Assembly: GCA_023515725.1 (NCBI GenBank)
Contig: JALDTO010000142.1
Location: forward strand, 434,001 to 498,000
Source of the DNA: Amoeboaphelidium protococcarum X5
Taxonomy: Eukaryota > Fungi > Aphelidiomycota
DNA: 64,000 nucleotides
Reading direction: 5' to 3'
Each line of letters opens with the position of its first letter. The stretch's first letter is position 1. Of the stretch, positions 1-12,581 are shown in pieces. A program made the position numbers and the translations under genes. The notes under the pieces are model-generated. The model ran no database searches, was not told the origin of the DNA, and saw only the letters and a list, made by a program, of their open reading frames with translations.

Positions 1-237
1 AGTTTCGTCATGTCCTGCTCCTTCTCTGGTCAACTGCTGGCTCAGATCAGTCTGTGGACCGAGAATGAGAAGTATGCTGTTGGTGTGTATACTCTGCCAA
101 AGTCTCTGGATGAGGAGGTGGCTCGTGCTCATCTGCAGCAATTGGGTGCTAAGCTGACTGTCCTGTCTGACACTCAGTCCACCTACCTGGGTATCCCTGT
201 CAGTGGTCCGTACAAGAGCGACATTTACCGTTACTGA
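1..237 (+). CDS. SAH1: S-adenosylhomocysteine hydrolase, C-terminal fragment (5' end outside window)
   Basis: [16 protein letters not shown]...[14 protein letters not shown]...[13 protein letters not shown] is the canonical AHCY C-terminus. Confidence 0.96.
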   Translation, partial: SFVMSCSFSGQLLAQISLWTENEKYAVGVYTLPKSLDEEVARAHLQQLGAKLTVLSDTQSTYLGIPVSGPYKSDIYRY

Positions 238-355
238 GTTGTGATGGGCAATCTAGTCTCACCATTGAACAGAAATGACATTTTGAGAATAAGATTTTAT
301 CATTATTACTTAATACGTATTTGTTTTTCAAGTTTCACGCTGCAATGTCTGCAAT

Positions 356-1497
356 TCACTTTGACAGGAAACGACTCAGGTCAGGCTTAATGGTCAAATC
401 TGGCCCATCATTCAGGCCGTAGATCTAATTAGGATTGATGCTGGTATGAGACATATAGTAGTGCTTCTTGATATGCTCCATGTTCACAGACTTGGATGCA
501 GACCCAGTCTGGTAGATGTCGCGCATCCAACGCAGAACATTCTCATAAGCCTCAATAGGCTTGAGATTACACTTGAAATGACCATGATACACCGACTAGA
601 AACGCCACGCTGTTTAAACTGCACGAACATCAGCTTCAGTCAACTTAGAGCCACACAAATAACGATTATCTTTCAAAATACCATCTAAACGATCCAAAGC
701 TTCAAACACAGTTTTGCAATGCTTCTCATACACATCCTGCTTGGTGGCAAAACCAGCCTTGTACACACCATTGTTAAACTGGTCATAAACCCATTCATTT
801 ACCTCATCAATCTTGGAACGCAACTCCTCTGGATACAAATCAAGAGACGGATTCTTGGCCAGATGATTAAACTCAGAATTCAGCATTCTAATAATCTCAC
901 TACTCTCATTACTAACAATAGTATCCAACTTCTTATCCCACAGCAGAGGAACAGTGAAGCGAGCATTATAATTAGGATCAGCGTGATAGTACAACTCTTT
1001 GATGAACTTGGCATTGAGAATGGGATCAGCCGTAACTCCAGGGGCAGTGGCTTAGTCATCACCGCTGCCATCCTCTCGCGTAAATCTCCAGCCGTCAGAC
1101 TTCATCAGAGGGTCAACGACAACAATGTCAATGACATCCTGCAGTCCTTTCAGCTAACGTACAGTCTCGACTCTTGTACACCAAGGACATGCATAAGCGA
1201 TATAACAAATATATCTGCCAGCCTCGGGCTAAAACTTGGCACCAGGTTCGTTCTTTATGAAATTGCGAAAAACACTCTGCTGTCTCTGGAATTCACCATT
1301 CTTGGATGCCCACAACGGCTTCAATTTTCCATCTTTGGTACCATGCGGTTCATCTGCCATCTACACATTTAGAACATGCGATAATTATGACTTTTGATAT
1401 TAAGTGATACACTATATCTAACCTTTCTTGTGTTGTTAATGCTGAATAATAAGCGTCTCGTCGAAACTGCCCGGATAAAATGCAGGCGAGTCAACAT
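356..1497 (-). CDS. ECM4: Glutathionyl-hydroquinone reductase / omega(xi)-class GST (ECM4/YqjG family); exon1 1497-1423, intron 1422-1361, exon2 1360-356
   Basis: GEFQRQQSVFRN, GRY..IAYACPWC, RFTVPLLWDKK..IVSNESSEIIRM, NNGVYKAGFA, HFKCN, HIKKHYYMSH; in-frame TAG read as Gln; Arg/Leu-rich presequence in exon1. Confidence 0.92.
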
Positions 1498-1707
1498 TTT
1501 CTATTCGCGTCGCATTCATTTCCAAAGCACAAGTGACGAATAGTCGCGCGAGAGTGTTCGCCCGTCGTTTCATACGCGACTGTTGCGCCCGTTGAAAATT
1601 GCCTGGAGAGAGCGACTTGTTTCAAAGTTTCCATTCTTTCATGGCCGTGTTTATCTGTGATTGAAAAACTACTGTATTGCTAATAGTTGATATTCACTTT
1701 GTAAAAA

Positions 1708-2868
1708 ATGTTTTAAATTCTGTTTGACTTACTCTCACTGTATGTGAATGGTGTCCTACTCTTGTGTGTTTATTCAGCTACTTGTTTCTTATCATTATGT
1801 CGTTTTGTATTAGTGAAAGCTGAACAGTTGAATGAGAGAGTGGGTGATTATTTACGCCAAGTGTTCAGTGCAACACCTTAGGTATTTAAAGAACATGGAT
1901 AATTTGCACCACTTGCTCTTGGAAACATTCATTATCTTATCGTTGGCAAGTCTTCATCTCCGCTAATTGTCTTGTTGAACAGTGAGTTTACTACCCTCCA
2001 ATCTTGGTTGCCTATTGCCAAAATCCTGTCTCATTCCGGTTATCAAGTACTAATGTTTGATTACTTTGGCACTGGCTACAGTGATCACCCGGCGGTACAG
2101 TGCACCTTAGACATGTATGTGGAAACCACAATTGAACTCTTGGACTTTCTGTACTTGAATGATAGGCCATTTTGCGCATTGGGCGCCAGTATGGGCTCCT
2201 TGATTGCCATGCAGCTAGCAGCAGATTATCCGGAGCGAGTCTCGAGATTGATTATGTGTGCTCCTTGTGCTTACGAGCCATCACTGCAGTCAGTGGGTAC
2301 TCTTATCCCTTATTTACACAAAACTCTGTTCAAAGTGTTTCTTCAAGATTCAAATTACTTGCAGTTTGCGTATTTGCAGAGCTGGATGTAGATTGTTTAC
2401 TTGAAAGCTTTGATGTACAGTGTTGTCACGTCCGTCTATTGCAATTACTTTGTAAACTTGAATACCTAAATGTTTTCAGAGTAATCTGGATAATCGTTCA
2501 CAAGAATGAGATAGGATTTCATGTAAATGTATCTGCAGAAAAAGTAGGAGAAGTATCTTAAACTGGCACACGAAATGATGAATAATGCCGACTTTCTTGG
2601 TAACGCCAGCTCCATCCTGAGTAATATACCATTCTATGGATAGCTAGATTCTCAAGTGTCGGAGCGTTTGAAGAACCATCCTAAGCGAGTTCTCATAGTT
2701 TGTGGTTAAAATGATGATAGATTCCCATTTAATAATACTAATCAATGGTATCGAAACTCGATTCCACAGGCCAAGTAAAAAGTGATCAATAATAGCTGTC
2801 GCGAAGTTCACATTGATGCGCCTGTTAAATTGTCAAGTGCAGTGCTGTCTTTTTTTAACTAAAACTGA
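1708..2868 (+). CDS. Alpha/beta-hydrolase fold protein with N-terminal hydrophobic segment
   Basis: Open frame with UAR=Gln; FDYFGTGYSDHP, GASMG nucleophile elbow, YPERVSRL, VLIVCGQNDD. Confidence 0.85.
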
Positions 2869-3067
2869 GCTGTATTTGAAAAAATAATATTGGTAATGTG
2901 AACTGATCTTGATTTGGTTGTAAAATAGATTTGTAGGTAATTGAGATATTTTTACATTTCAAACATTGCATTTGTGGGGGTATGAATGGCGATAAATCTA
3001 TTTTTCTGATTTATATCAATTTCTGTTTAAATTCTGCAAGTATATAATCGTAAACAAGTTTAAAAGT

Positions 3068-4864
3068 ATGATGAAATTGTTTAATAAAAGAAATAGTCGC
3101 GATAGTGGTATTGGGAGAAGTCCGCGTTCATCTGTTGATACAAGTGCTGATCGCGCTGCTGTTTAGTCTCCTACACCTTAGGCAGTCGCGTTGTCTCAAT
3201 CTCCACATTCAGATGTGTAGAAAGTTGATGTTGCTTATAAGCACGATCAGCTCAATGGGTGTGAGGATACCGCTGTGGAAAAGACAATAAGTGCAAAGTA
3301 GAAGAAGGCTGCTTATTCTGGTACATTCAAAATCAAGACTCTTGTAAGCAATGTACGCGAAGAATTGCAATGTCCAATTTGCCTTGAAGAATTCTCCAAG
3401 CCGCGCCTACTGCATTGTGGTCACTCATTCTGTACAGGTTGTCTCAAAGGCCTGTACAGAGATCAATGCATTCGCTGCCCAACGTGTAGAAGTGTCACCA
3501 AGTTGAATCCTTAAAAATAACCTGCCCGGGCGCAGGATAATCAGTCTTATGTTGTAAACAGTAATCTCTAATCTTCTACTGGTCAGAGAAAGTCTGTCAC
3601 GGAATCCAATGAGCCGTATCATCCTGTGCAAGAATTGTCTTTGAATTACTCCATACTCAAAGTGATGGAGGCTGTCGACACTATCAATGCGCTGAACGTG
3701 TCCTCTCAAGAATCTGAGTAGAGTCGCTCATCATGTTTGTCTGACAATTGCGTTGATTTGGATGCTATCCTACCTGATCCTGACTACTTTTAATCAAGAG
3801 ATGATCTACTGAATCTGCGCGGTGTATGCGATTCTAAATCTATCCACGTTGCTCCATTAAAGAGTGCTGATCTATGGACGTCGCATTTGTTGCTGTGTAT
3901 GGAGCATAAAAGCTAGGAGATTTTGTTTTATTGCGCGACTTGCTCCCAGCTGTTATGTTCTCAATGCCTAGTCGGAGACAGCTATGATGAAGATGGATGT
4001 GCCAAAAATGCTTCATCACATACCTCTCATGATATCATGTCTCTGCAGCAAGCTACGAAAGCACAAGTTTAAAAGGCCTGGTAGATTATGCAAGATAGTA
4101 ACGCGCAAACCAAGTCACTGGAGATTATTCAGGCTGATCTTGAAAAGAGTCTCTTAGGCGCGGATGCTTAATATATGCAGATTAAATAAGATTTACTAAA
4201 TATTCGAGCTAAATGGGTCAATCACGTTGACAAATGGTTCAATGAGCAAGAAGAAAAGCTTGCATTGTTAGTCAATCTGAACAAGGCCGAGTTGAAGGAT
4301 TCTTTAGATGTCACAAATGTTTTTGCATAGCAGCTGAGTAGTGCCTCTTGCCATTTAAATGTGGTATTGACAGACTTGAATGTTAAAGCAGATGATAGCA
4401 AGGTGAACGTGCCGCATTTGAAGAGACGCGACGCGACTAAGATTTGGAAGGAGGTGACGCCGCTTTGTGAGCGTCTATCGGCTTGGAATCTAAAATCATA
4501 AGAGCACTGCAACGGAAAGAAAGAGACATTAAGCGATCTTCATCTAGATGGCAATCCTGAGACTTGCTTGTCTGTGGTTGACCTTGCCTCAGTGTTGCCA
4601 CCTTTAGCAAGCGTTTGCAAAAAGAACTCGTCAGTTAATGTGAAGATCAACGCTGGCGACGAGTAAATTGAACTGCATTTGGCGCAAGATGTGATTGAAA
4701 AGTCTAAACTCAAGTAGAAGATATAGAATGCTATTGGTAAAAGCGCGTCCTTATTTACTCTGAATGTGCCAACAGACTTGGACAAAACGGACTTCTCAGT
4801 AAAATCCAGTGCAGTGCGCAGTGTGTTTCAGTTTAAGGAGAATTCGGAGATTGATGTGATTTGA
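3068..4864 (+). CDS. TRIM/RBCC-like E3 ligase: RING-HC, B-box, coiled coil, probable C-terminal ubiquitin-like domain
   Basis: ELQCPICLEEFSKPRLLHCGHSFCTGCL...CPTCR (3371-3487); CMEH..ILFYCATCSQLLCSQC...HTSH (about 3896-4030); heptad region follows. Confidence 0.85.
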
Positions 4865-5033
4865 TTGATGAAAAGTGATGATGCTTAATATAGATACCAT
4901 GTTTCCAAAAATAGAACCGTGGCACCGAGTCTCGATGTATAAGCCGCTTTAGTTAGATTACCTTCTTCTTCTTATTCTTGCTGTAATCTGAACAGAATAC
5001 CAATACTAAATAACTCTCGATTATAACAATCAA

Positions 5034-5969
5034 ATGGCAAAGAAGGATAAGAAGGGAAAGTCTCCAAGTCAGACGCGTGCCTCAAAGATACCCGAGGAGC
5101 CAATGCTGAAGAATGTCGTCGACAAGAGAGCCAAGAAACAAAATAGCAAACCAGTTGCTGCTGATGAACGTCCATTGAGTATGTTTGTGCAGCCTGGCTT
5201 GTAGCTGCAGACTCGTGAACGCGCTCAGTCAAGTGCTCCATCTGTGGTTTCAAACTCCACTGATGCGAAATCTGGCGTGACTGAAAACACTGCAAATGCA
5301 TCCAAGAAGACTCCAGCTGCACCTACTAACTCGGCTCCTTTGACCGTGTCATCAAATGCTCAGTCATCTTCTAAAGCTGTACCTAGTGCTGGTGCGCAGA
5401 TGAAGAATCCGACATCCATGCAAGAGGCTATGCAGAATTTCAAATTGGCAAAGAAGTAGGCTGAGAAAAACCAAAAGTACAAGCTTAACAGTACTCAGCG
5501 CCTGATCGATGCCATGGCTGACGTGATGGTCCTCCTTCTGACTCGTGCCATGTGTGAGGGTATTGACGAGAAGATAGAGATCCGTATTTACAAGAAGCCG
5601 CAGAACATTGGCTCTGGTATGGCCGTTGCTGAATACCGTGATGGTCGTGATGCCAAGGAGAAGGGTCAAAAGACTACAAATATCCAGAATTTGGTTGATA
5701 ACAATGATGACTTCTCAATCTTGCTGTCTAATGAGCTGACTCTGCGCTCCATCAATCAGCAAACTCCTGATGGATACAAGGCGTTAGATTGTGCAGACAA
5801 TTGGAAGTAGTTCTACGATGTCGTGCAAAAGTTTAGCTTATGGTTCAGATTCTGTTTGGCAGTCCATAAGCGTATCGGTTGGAAGTGTGTCCTTGACAGA
5901 TCCATGTTGAACGGTATGGATAGCAGATTCTTGGGCTTTGTCACTATCAAGATTTCCAAATTTGTCTGA
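5034..5969 (+). CDS. Hypothetical protein (311 aa; basic/disordered N-half, globular C-half)
   Basis: Continuous frame from ATG 5034 to TGA 5967-5969 with UAR=Gln; joins track ORFs 5244 and 5514. Confidence 0.75.
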
Positions 5970-6632
5970 AGATTCTTTATGAATAAACGTGTCAATGAAT
6001 TAATAGAGCAGTATATTTTATCTTATCATCAAGTTTCTTAACTGATTAGGATTCGGTAGATTAGCCTTCTCTTTTCTCTTTTCATTAACATCACCACTGC
6101 GATCGAAATTTAGCGGGAATTTTTCATATAGTGAAATGTCCCATTTAGCTTGATTGCACAGAGTAATCACAGATAATCTCCACCAAGAACGTATAAATGA
6201 CCATTACGGCCTTGTCTAAGATCATCTCACATTTTTGACTCGATGCGATATCTACCTAGAAGGATGTTAGTACGATCAATGGCGCGTCTTCTATCGATTG
6301 ACGCGTAATTGACAATCTTTGAAGCGCATTAGATGCAGTAATGTGTTCGCTACACTCTATAATATGCCCATTTAATGGCATGATATAATTTTTATGCGAA
6401 CTAGATTGAATTGTGAAAGTATGCCCTGTCCTTTTGATAGACTCTCATGTAGTAAGATCTCAACACGCGTACTTCACTACAGCATACCTGTACTTTTTAC
6501 ATTAACATCCCAACTGTTACCTCATACTAGTAACAAAGACTGGGCCACATTTAAACAAAAAGGTAAAAAGGCAATTAACAACGAATAGTATAATTCACTT
6601 TATTATGAATACGTAGAGTGTCATAGAGTCAA

Positions 6633-7103
6633 TCAGAACTTGACAAACTGCTTACCACCCTTCTAGTTCTTCTTGCTGACTTTCAGAACATTGAAGCGAA
6701 CAGTCTTACTCAATGGGCGGCACTAACCAACGGTAACGTTGTCACCAATCTCAACACCGATGAAGCACGGAGACAAGTGAGCAGCCAAGTTCTTGTGTCT
6801 CTTCTCGTATCTGTTGTATTTAGGAATGTAGTGCAGGTAATCTCTTCTGACGATGATGGTTCTCTTCATCTTGTTGCTAGCGACAACACCAGTCAGAATA
6901 CGACCACGGATGGACGTGTCGGAGGTGAATGGACACTTCTTATCGATGTAATTTCCCTCAATAGCCTCACGTGGAGTTTTGAATCCCAGACCAACGTCCT
7001 TATACCAACGCTTATTTCTGCGAGTCTTGACGGAAGCCTGACGCTTTCCATTCAGGAATAGTCCCTATTGCTTCTAAAAAGCCTTTTCAGTCTAAATATC
7101 CAT
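6633..7103 (-). CDS. RPS11: 40S ribosomal protein S11 (uS17)
   Basis: [69 protein letters not shown]; conserved Q positions are TAG. Confidence 0.98.
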
Positions 7104-7947
7104 GATTAATCTGTACTGTTATTATGGTGCAAAGAATTCTCTGAAAGAAATTTCGCGCTTAACTCAAATGTCCAACTAAGGTTGATGAAAAGTTTTTTGA
7201 TCAAAATTGAAATCGCACGCGCGCTAAGGTTAGAACGGCGGGAAAAGTGTCAAGGAGTTTGATCCCATTGCCTACAGAGACATCTCAATGTACTGCTGAA
7301 TAGTAGGAGCATACAGAAATAGTTGTGTCGCGACAGTTGCCCATTATGAATATCATTAAATCTATAAGATTATAAAGTTTTAATAAAAGTCTATCCCAAT
7401 TCATACATTGGTTTTCTATCATTAAAGACTACTGTAGATGTACCTTAATTCAAAAAGTGCAACAAAGCATGAGAATATGGCCACACGATTACCGTCATAT
7501 TAGTGCCCAATGAATACATCAAATTGTTTTAATTTATAAATCATCTACTGACGATAATCACCATAAAATCAAACAGAAATTAATATATTGAATATGGGTA
7601 TTCTTAAAGCCGAACATATACCCCTGAATTGAATTTTTATGCAATCGATAGACTACTCCTAGTAGCGAAGGAGATGATGCTATTTCCCGTTCGCATAACA
7701 ACCGGTCGGCGCAGTTCAAACCAGCGGCTTGATTGTTTTAGATTCAGCCGCCCGTTCATTCACATTCGTCACTCACAGAAAACGTCCGTCCATTGTTTCT
7801 AATCAGAGAAGTTACATCTGGTTGCGTAATATATACTCTCTTTCCATCACCTATTGTCTTTAAGAGTGATCTAATATTATTCTGTTTGTGTGGAAGACTT
7901 TTTTAAACTTAATTTGATATACCTGAAAGTGCTCAATCAATATAAAA

Positions 7948-10446
7948 ATGTTAAAGTCCACATCTGAAGAGTCAATTGCCAGTTATACCAGTTTCGATAG
8001 TGCTGAAATGCCTCAGATGATGTTCAAAGGGTTGAGTTAGAGTGCCTGGAAGTCGGAATATTAAAGAGTACTTGATGATGGGCACTAAAAGAATGTTAAA
8101 AATTCAGCTCAAGTTAAAGATGTGTAAGTTGAAAAGCCGGTTCAGTTGGATTAGGAGAACAACAATGAGTCTGTGGAATCGTCATTGCAGTTAGTAGCTC
8201 CTCTAATTCCTCAGCCACCAGCTAGTCCGCGATGCAATTAATAGTTGTAGATCAAGAGGTAATCTGTATTCCGGAACCATGGAAGTTCTGCCAATATATC
8301 CGCTTCCATAAAGTCGTCAAGTATCATTGCCAAGGGGAGAGGATCTACATAGAGTAGTAGTTCAGCCACAACTTTAAATGAATGCACTGAGCGGCGTAAG
8401 ATTATTGCAGAGTGGATAAAGACAGAGTAGAAATTCTTGCGTGCATTTGATTGTTAGAGCGAACAGCTTTTCCATCTGCATGAGACCATCATGAACATTC
8501 TAATGATGACTGATGAAGCGAATGTGTGCAGAATGTTGTACTTTTAAATATTTAATCATGATATTAATCATGTCTATGAGAAGTTTATATGGGATAATGC
8601 AATGAAGTTTATCTAGCCTGTAGATTTTATTGACGGTGTTTAAAGGGACAATAAGACTTCTGATAAAGCTGGTTCTAAATCTGCCTCATCTAGTCAGAGT
8701 AGGAGCACAAGTCCCACGAGATCCATGTATTCCATTGCGTCCAATATTAGCTAATTTAGTACCAATAGTAGTAGTTTCTAGAGTAGTAATTTTAATGGCG
8801 GTGGCGATGGGAGTAAACGCTCATATAAGAGCAGAAAGCTGTCCATCAACCCAATGGCTAGATTGATGCACTATTCATCCTTTCTTCATCGATTGTCTAT
8901 GCCATCCATAACTTCTACCAAGCATTAGGATTATGAGTACACGTTGAAGTGCAAGTTCAAGGTGATGTCTTTACTGGAGGTTCTAGATGGTCTGGTGGGT
9001 CAGGTGAGATTTATGATTCAGTTTCCATCCCTTTGTACGTTGAGTGGAGCCAAGAGTTATTTGACTAAACAAAATTTAAAATCATCATCATCTGTAGCTG
9101 GTCGCCTGTTTAGATCCTCTTCATCGTCCCTGTTGAGCAGCGGTAATAATAACAACGATAATGAGGAGTTGAAATAGATCAGTTTATTCCGAGATGATGG
9201 TAGTAGACTATTTTTGCGGCATGATGTGCTCAAATTTTACAAGGAGGACGATAAATGCAAAGGGTAGTATGTTAGTTCTCCAACCGCTATTGAGCTGTTC
9301 CTGTTTACCGACCTGCTATGCATCGGCTATAGATTGAAGCCGCGATAGTTTTGGTCATGTGGCACGTATAAGGCTACGGATTTGTTGAAGGAGGTTGATG
9401 ATTGTCACGGCGAAAGAGTGTGGAAGTTGTAGCACGAGGCTATATGTTTGCGAAATGTGTCGATTAAGTTATTACCGCCAATCCGGTACCAGTCCAGTAT
9501 AAGTCAGAGTGCTGAGGAGGCATAGAACATCCTCCTACTCACTGTGGGTGTCTTTAAATACACTCTTGGCTTTGACTCCCACCGATAACGCTCCGAGTTT
9601 GTTAATATGCTGTCGCATTTGATTTAGTAAGATAAGGAGAAATTTAATCAAGGTAATACTGGAGTTGATATACTGACTAGCTTTTCACAGCAGCTTAGTA
9701 TTAGGGATGAAGATATCGTCAGTGCTGATGTACCTAATGTCACGCTTGGACGTAATAACTCCTTGTCAAAGTTGAAAGATACTGTCGGATTAATGTTGCG
9801 TGTTAGAAATCCTTCTGCTGGAAGTGTTTAGTCTGGTGTCACTACCGCGTCTGGTGATTTATCTTTGGATGGATCGTCATCATTGTTTGGATTAAAGAGA
9901 AGTCCAAGAGTTGGAAAGAGCCGACAGGGATCTCGCTCTAGTTCTAGACAGAGTTCACGCTCTAATTCGGATAATTAGAAGGATAGTGACTCTTTGTCGT
10001 TTACCGAAAGAGTTGGAGAGCCTGTTATGAATGAAGCCTTTGCCGCGACTGATAGGAACAATGGAAAACTTGGATTCTTTAGGAGATCCACTCAAAAGTA
10101 GGCTTCCTCCAGTCAGAAAGCTTCTGATTAATCTAAAGTTACTGGTGGCGATGATAAAGCTATGCCTTCCCTTCCTAAGAGAAGCTCCTCCTTATTTGTG
10201 GGCAAGTCAAAGCAGCAAATTTTTGATAAAGATGCGCAACAGCCGCGTCCAAGCTATGATTCTGGAATATCGTCAGCTTCTATTTCAAGTGTGAATTCTT
10301 CGAGTTAATTTGAGAGTCTAAGTGGATACAATTAACGTCCAAGTTTGGATGGATCTATAAATGTGATGAAAAAAGTTGGTGGTAGTGGTGGTGACAAACG
10401 AGTCGACACGGTTGGTGTTCGAAGAGATGCGTCTTTGCAGATGTGA
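7948..10446 (+). CDS. Degenerate Dbl-homology (RhoGEF)-PH-like protein with Ser-rich tails
   Basis: RRKIIAEWIKTEQKFL (DH helix 1-like), NPMARLMHYSSFL (PxQR-like), ELFLFTDLLCIG (PH-like); 832-aa frame ending in TGA. Confidence 0.65.
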
Positions 10447-10599
10447 TATCTCTTTAACTGTCTGTCTGTAGAGAGAATGAATGATATAATTGAATAGATC
10501 TTTGATGCTCCGATTACCTTATATACCACCTCCTGCTCTTGTAGTAAACTTAGAACGAAGTACTGTATTTACACATCTGTAAAAGTTATCTATATATAT

Positions 10600-12156
10600 T
10601 CAAATGTCTTTACTTTAAAGATCTGTGTGCAAAGAGGAAGCTTTGAGAACATCAAGAGGTTTAAAAGCAATATTAGATTCTCGTAAGTCTATACCATGAT
10701 ATAAAAAGGCAGCCACTGATGAGACTGCAGCAATGACCACACAAATATTCCACACAGACTACCAACCATACGTATCAGCAACTAATCCAATCTGATGACC
10801 AGCAAAGATAGCACCAAGATTACCGACAGCATTAACGAATCCCACTACAAAACCTGAACCATGCGAATTACCACCAACTTGTAAGTCAGTATTACTATTG
10901 GCAGAACTATCATTAATCAACATGCAGAACACTCCAGTAACAAGCGAGAACGGCGCCACCAGACAAAAGGCTGCTAATGACAGCAAAATGGCCATAAATC
11001 CAACGTTGGCACTTGAGTGACTCAGCGCCACTATTACAAGGGATACAAGCACCGCCACGTTCATCTGCAAGAGAATCCTTGACTTTTATGACAAAGTTTA
11101 GCCATAATCCACAACTATTCCACCAACTAGAGCGGATACAGTTCCGAACAATGGAAATACCATCGAGAGAATAGCAGCCTGGCTCTCTTAAAGTTTAAAT
11201 TAATCTGCAAAGTACACGGAAGTCCATGTGAGGAATATCTCTCGCAGAAGAGTGAGGCATACGCACATAACAACTAGCATGACAAATTTACCATTCCGAG
11301 AGTATTTCATGATCTTTTATAAAATACCACCACCACCTGATTACTTTGGCTTCTACCTCAATGTTGTTGTAGTAGAAGGAGTTGAGTTGAAATCTGCGCT
11401 CAGTCCATAATCGGAGGGAGAATCTCTTAAATACCAGAGAGACGCTGCTCCGAAAATACTACTAAGAACAACTGAAATGTCAAATATATCCTACCACAAT
11501 GTAAGAGCCTATTAAGAATCTGTCACCTCAGTGCTGTCGGTGAGATAAGTCATCACAGAGCCAAGCATAACTCGAATGACAACATCTCCTAAATTATAAC
11601 TCAGCGATGCATATCCAAACACTCTACCATGAAATTAAAGTGGATACCAATTAGATAATACATCGATCATTGATCCATATCCCGCCGCCTAAAAGAATCG
11701 TCCCATAGCCCAACAGACTGTCATTAATCGAAGGACGACTACAGATTACTACTTTATAACATCATCACTTTAATCATTACTACTTGGTATGAGATTACTA
11801 CTTGGTATGAGATTACCAGCACAGGCAAATGCAAAATTAAAGAATATGGACAAGACTAAGCCATACTTGAATACAAAAGATCCTCCAAAATTGTCAATCA
11901 TTACACCATGAAACAACTTTCCAATGGCAAACGTAAAGTAGCCAATAGATAAAATGATTCCAAACATGGCTTTTCCATTCTGAGCTATAGAAGGCATCGA
12001 TTTAATAAGAAGCGGGAGAGTAACAGTCAGTTGAGTTCTATTAAAGTAATAGGCACAGTATCCAAAAATTAAAGATAGTAGTGTAATCCATTAAAGTCGA
12101 TTCAGCTATTACTATTTCAATGAGCTTTCAGTCAAATTCTTCACAGAGCCAGTCAT
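10600..12156 (-). CDS. MFS transporter, organophosphate:Pi antiporter (GlpT/UhpC/SLC37-like)
   Basis: GYCAYYFNRTQL, GKLFHGVMIDNFGG, GRFFQAAGYG..NWYP..GRVFG, GFVNAVGNLG..YGW; multiple TM segments. Confidence 0.85.
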
Positions 12157-12581
12157 TGATTTACAATTTGTTCTTACTCTATAAGGAGATTATTGAAACT
12201 TTTCTTTTACAGTATTAATTAATCAATTCGAAGCAATGAGTGCAAGATAATACTAAAAAGCAATAGTAATAGTCCAAGTTATTGTTACAAATAGAATTTG
12301 GACAACAAGACACTGAAAGGGAAGATCAAACTTTCTTTCAAACGCCACGAGTTGAAACAAAACAAAAGATCACGCGATCGATCAAATTGGGATTATACAA
12401 AATACAGTCAATGGTTCCATCACAGGATTGATATAGAATGTTAAAACTTGGATATATAGTTAGATAGCATACGCAAAATGTTTCTTGATTCAAGCAACTT
12501 TTAGCGATTTGGTATTAAGAAACAGTACTGGATTCTACACTAGAAGTATGTCGGTACAAGGTGCAATAGATCAGCTTTCAT

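Noticed and set aside
719-1372. 217-aa plus-strand ORF in the track, and similar ones at 6777, 13573, 57606, 59254
   Set aside because: Antisense shadows of real minus-strand genes (GST, RPS11, GTPase, WSS1, CUL1)
6000-6600. Possible small gene or ncRNA between the orphan gene and RPS11
   Set aside because: No convincing ORF or recognisable RNA structure
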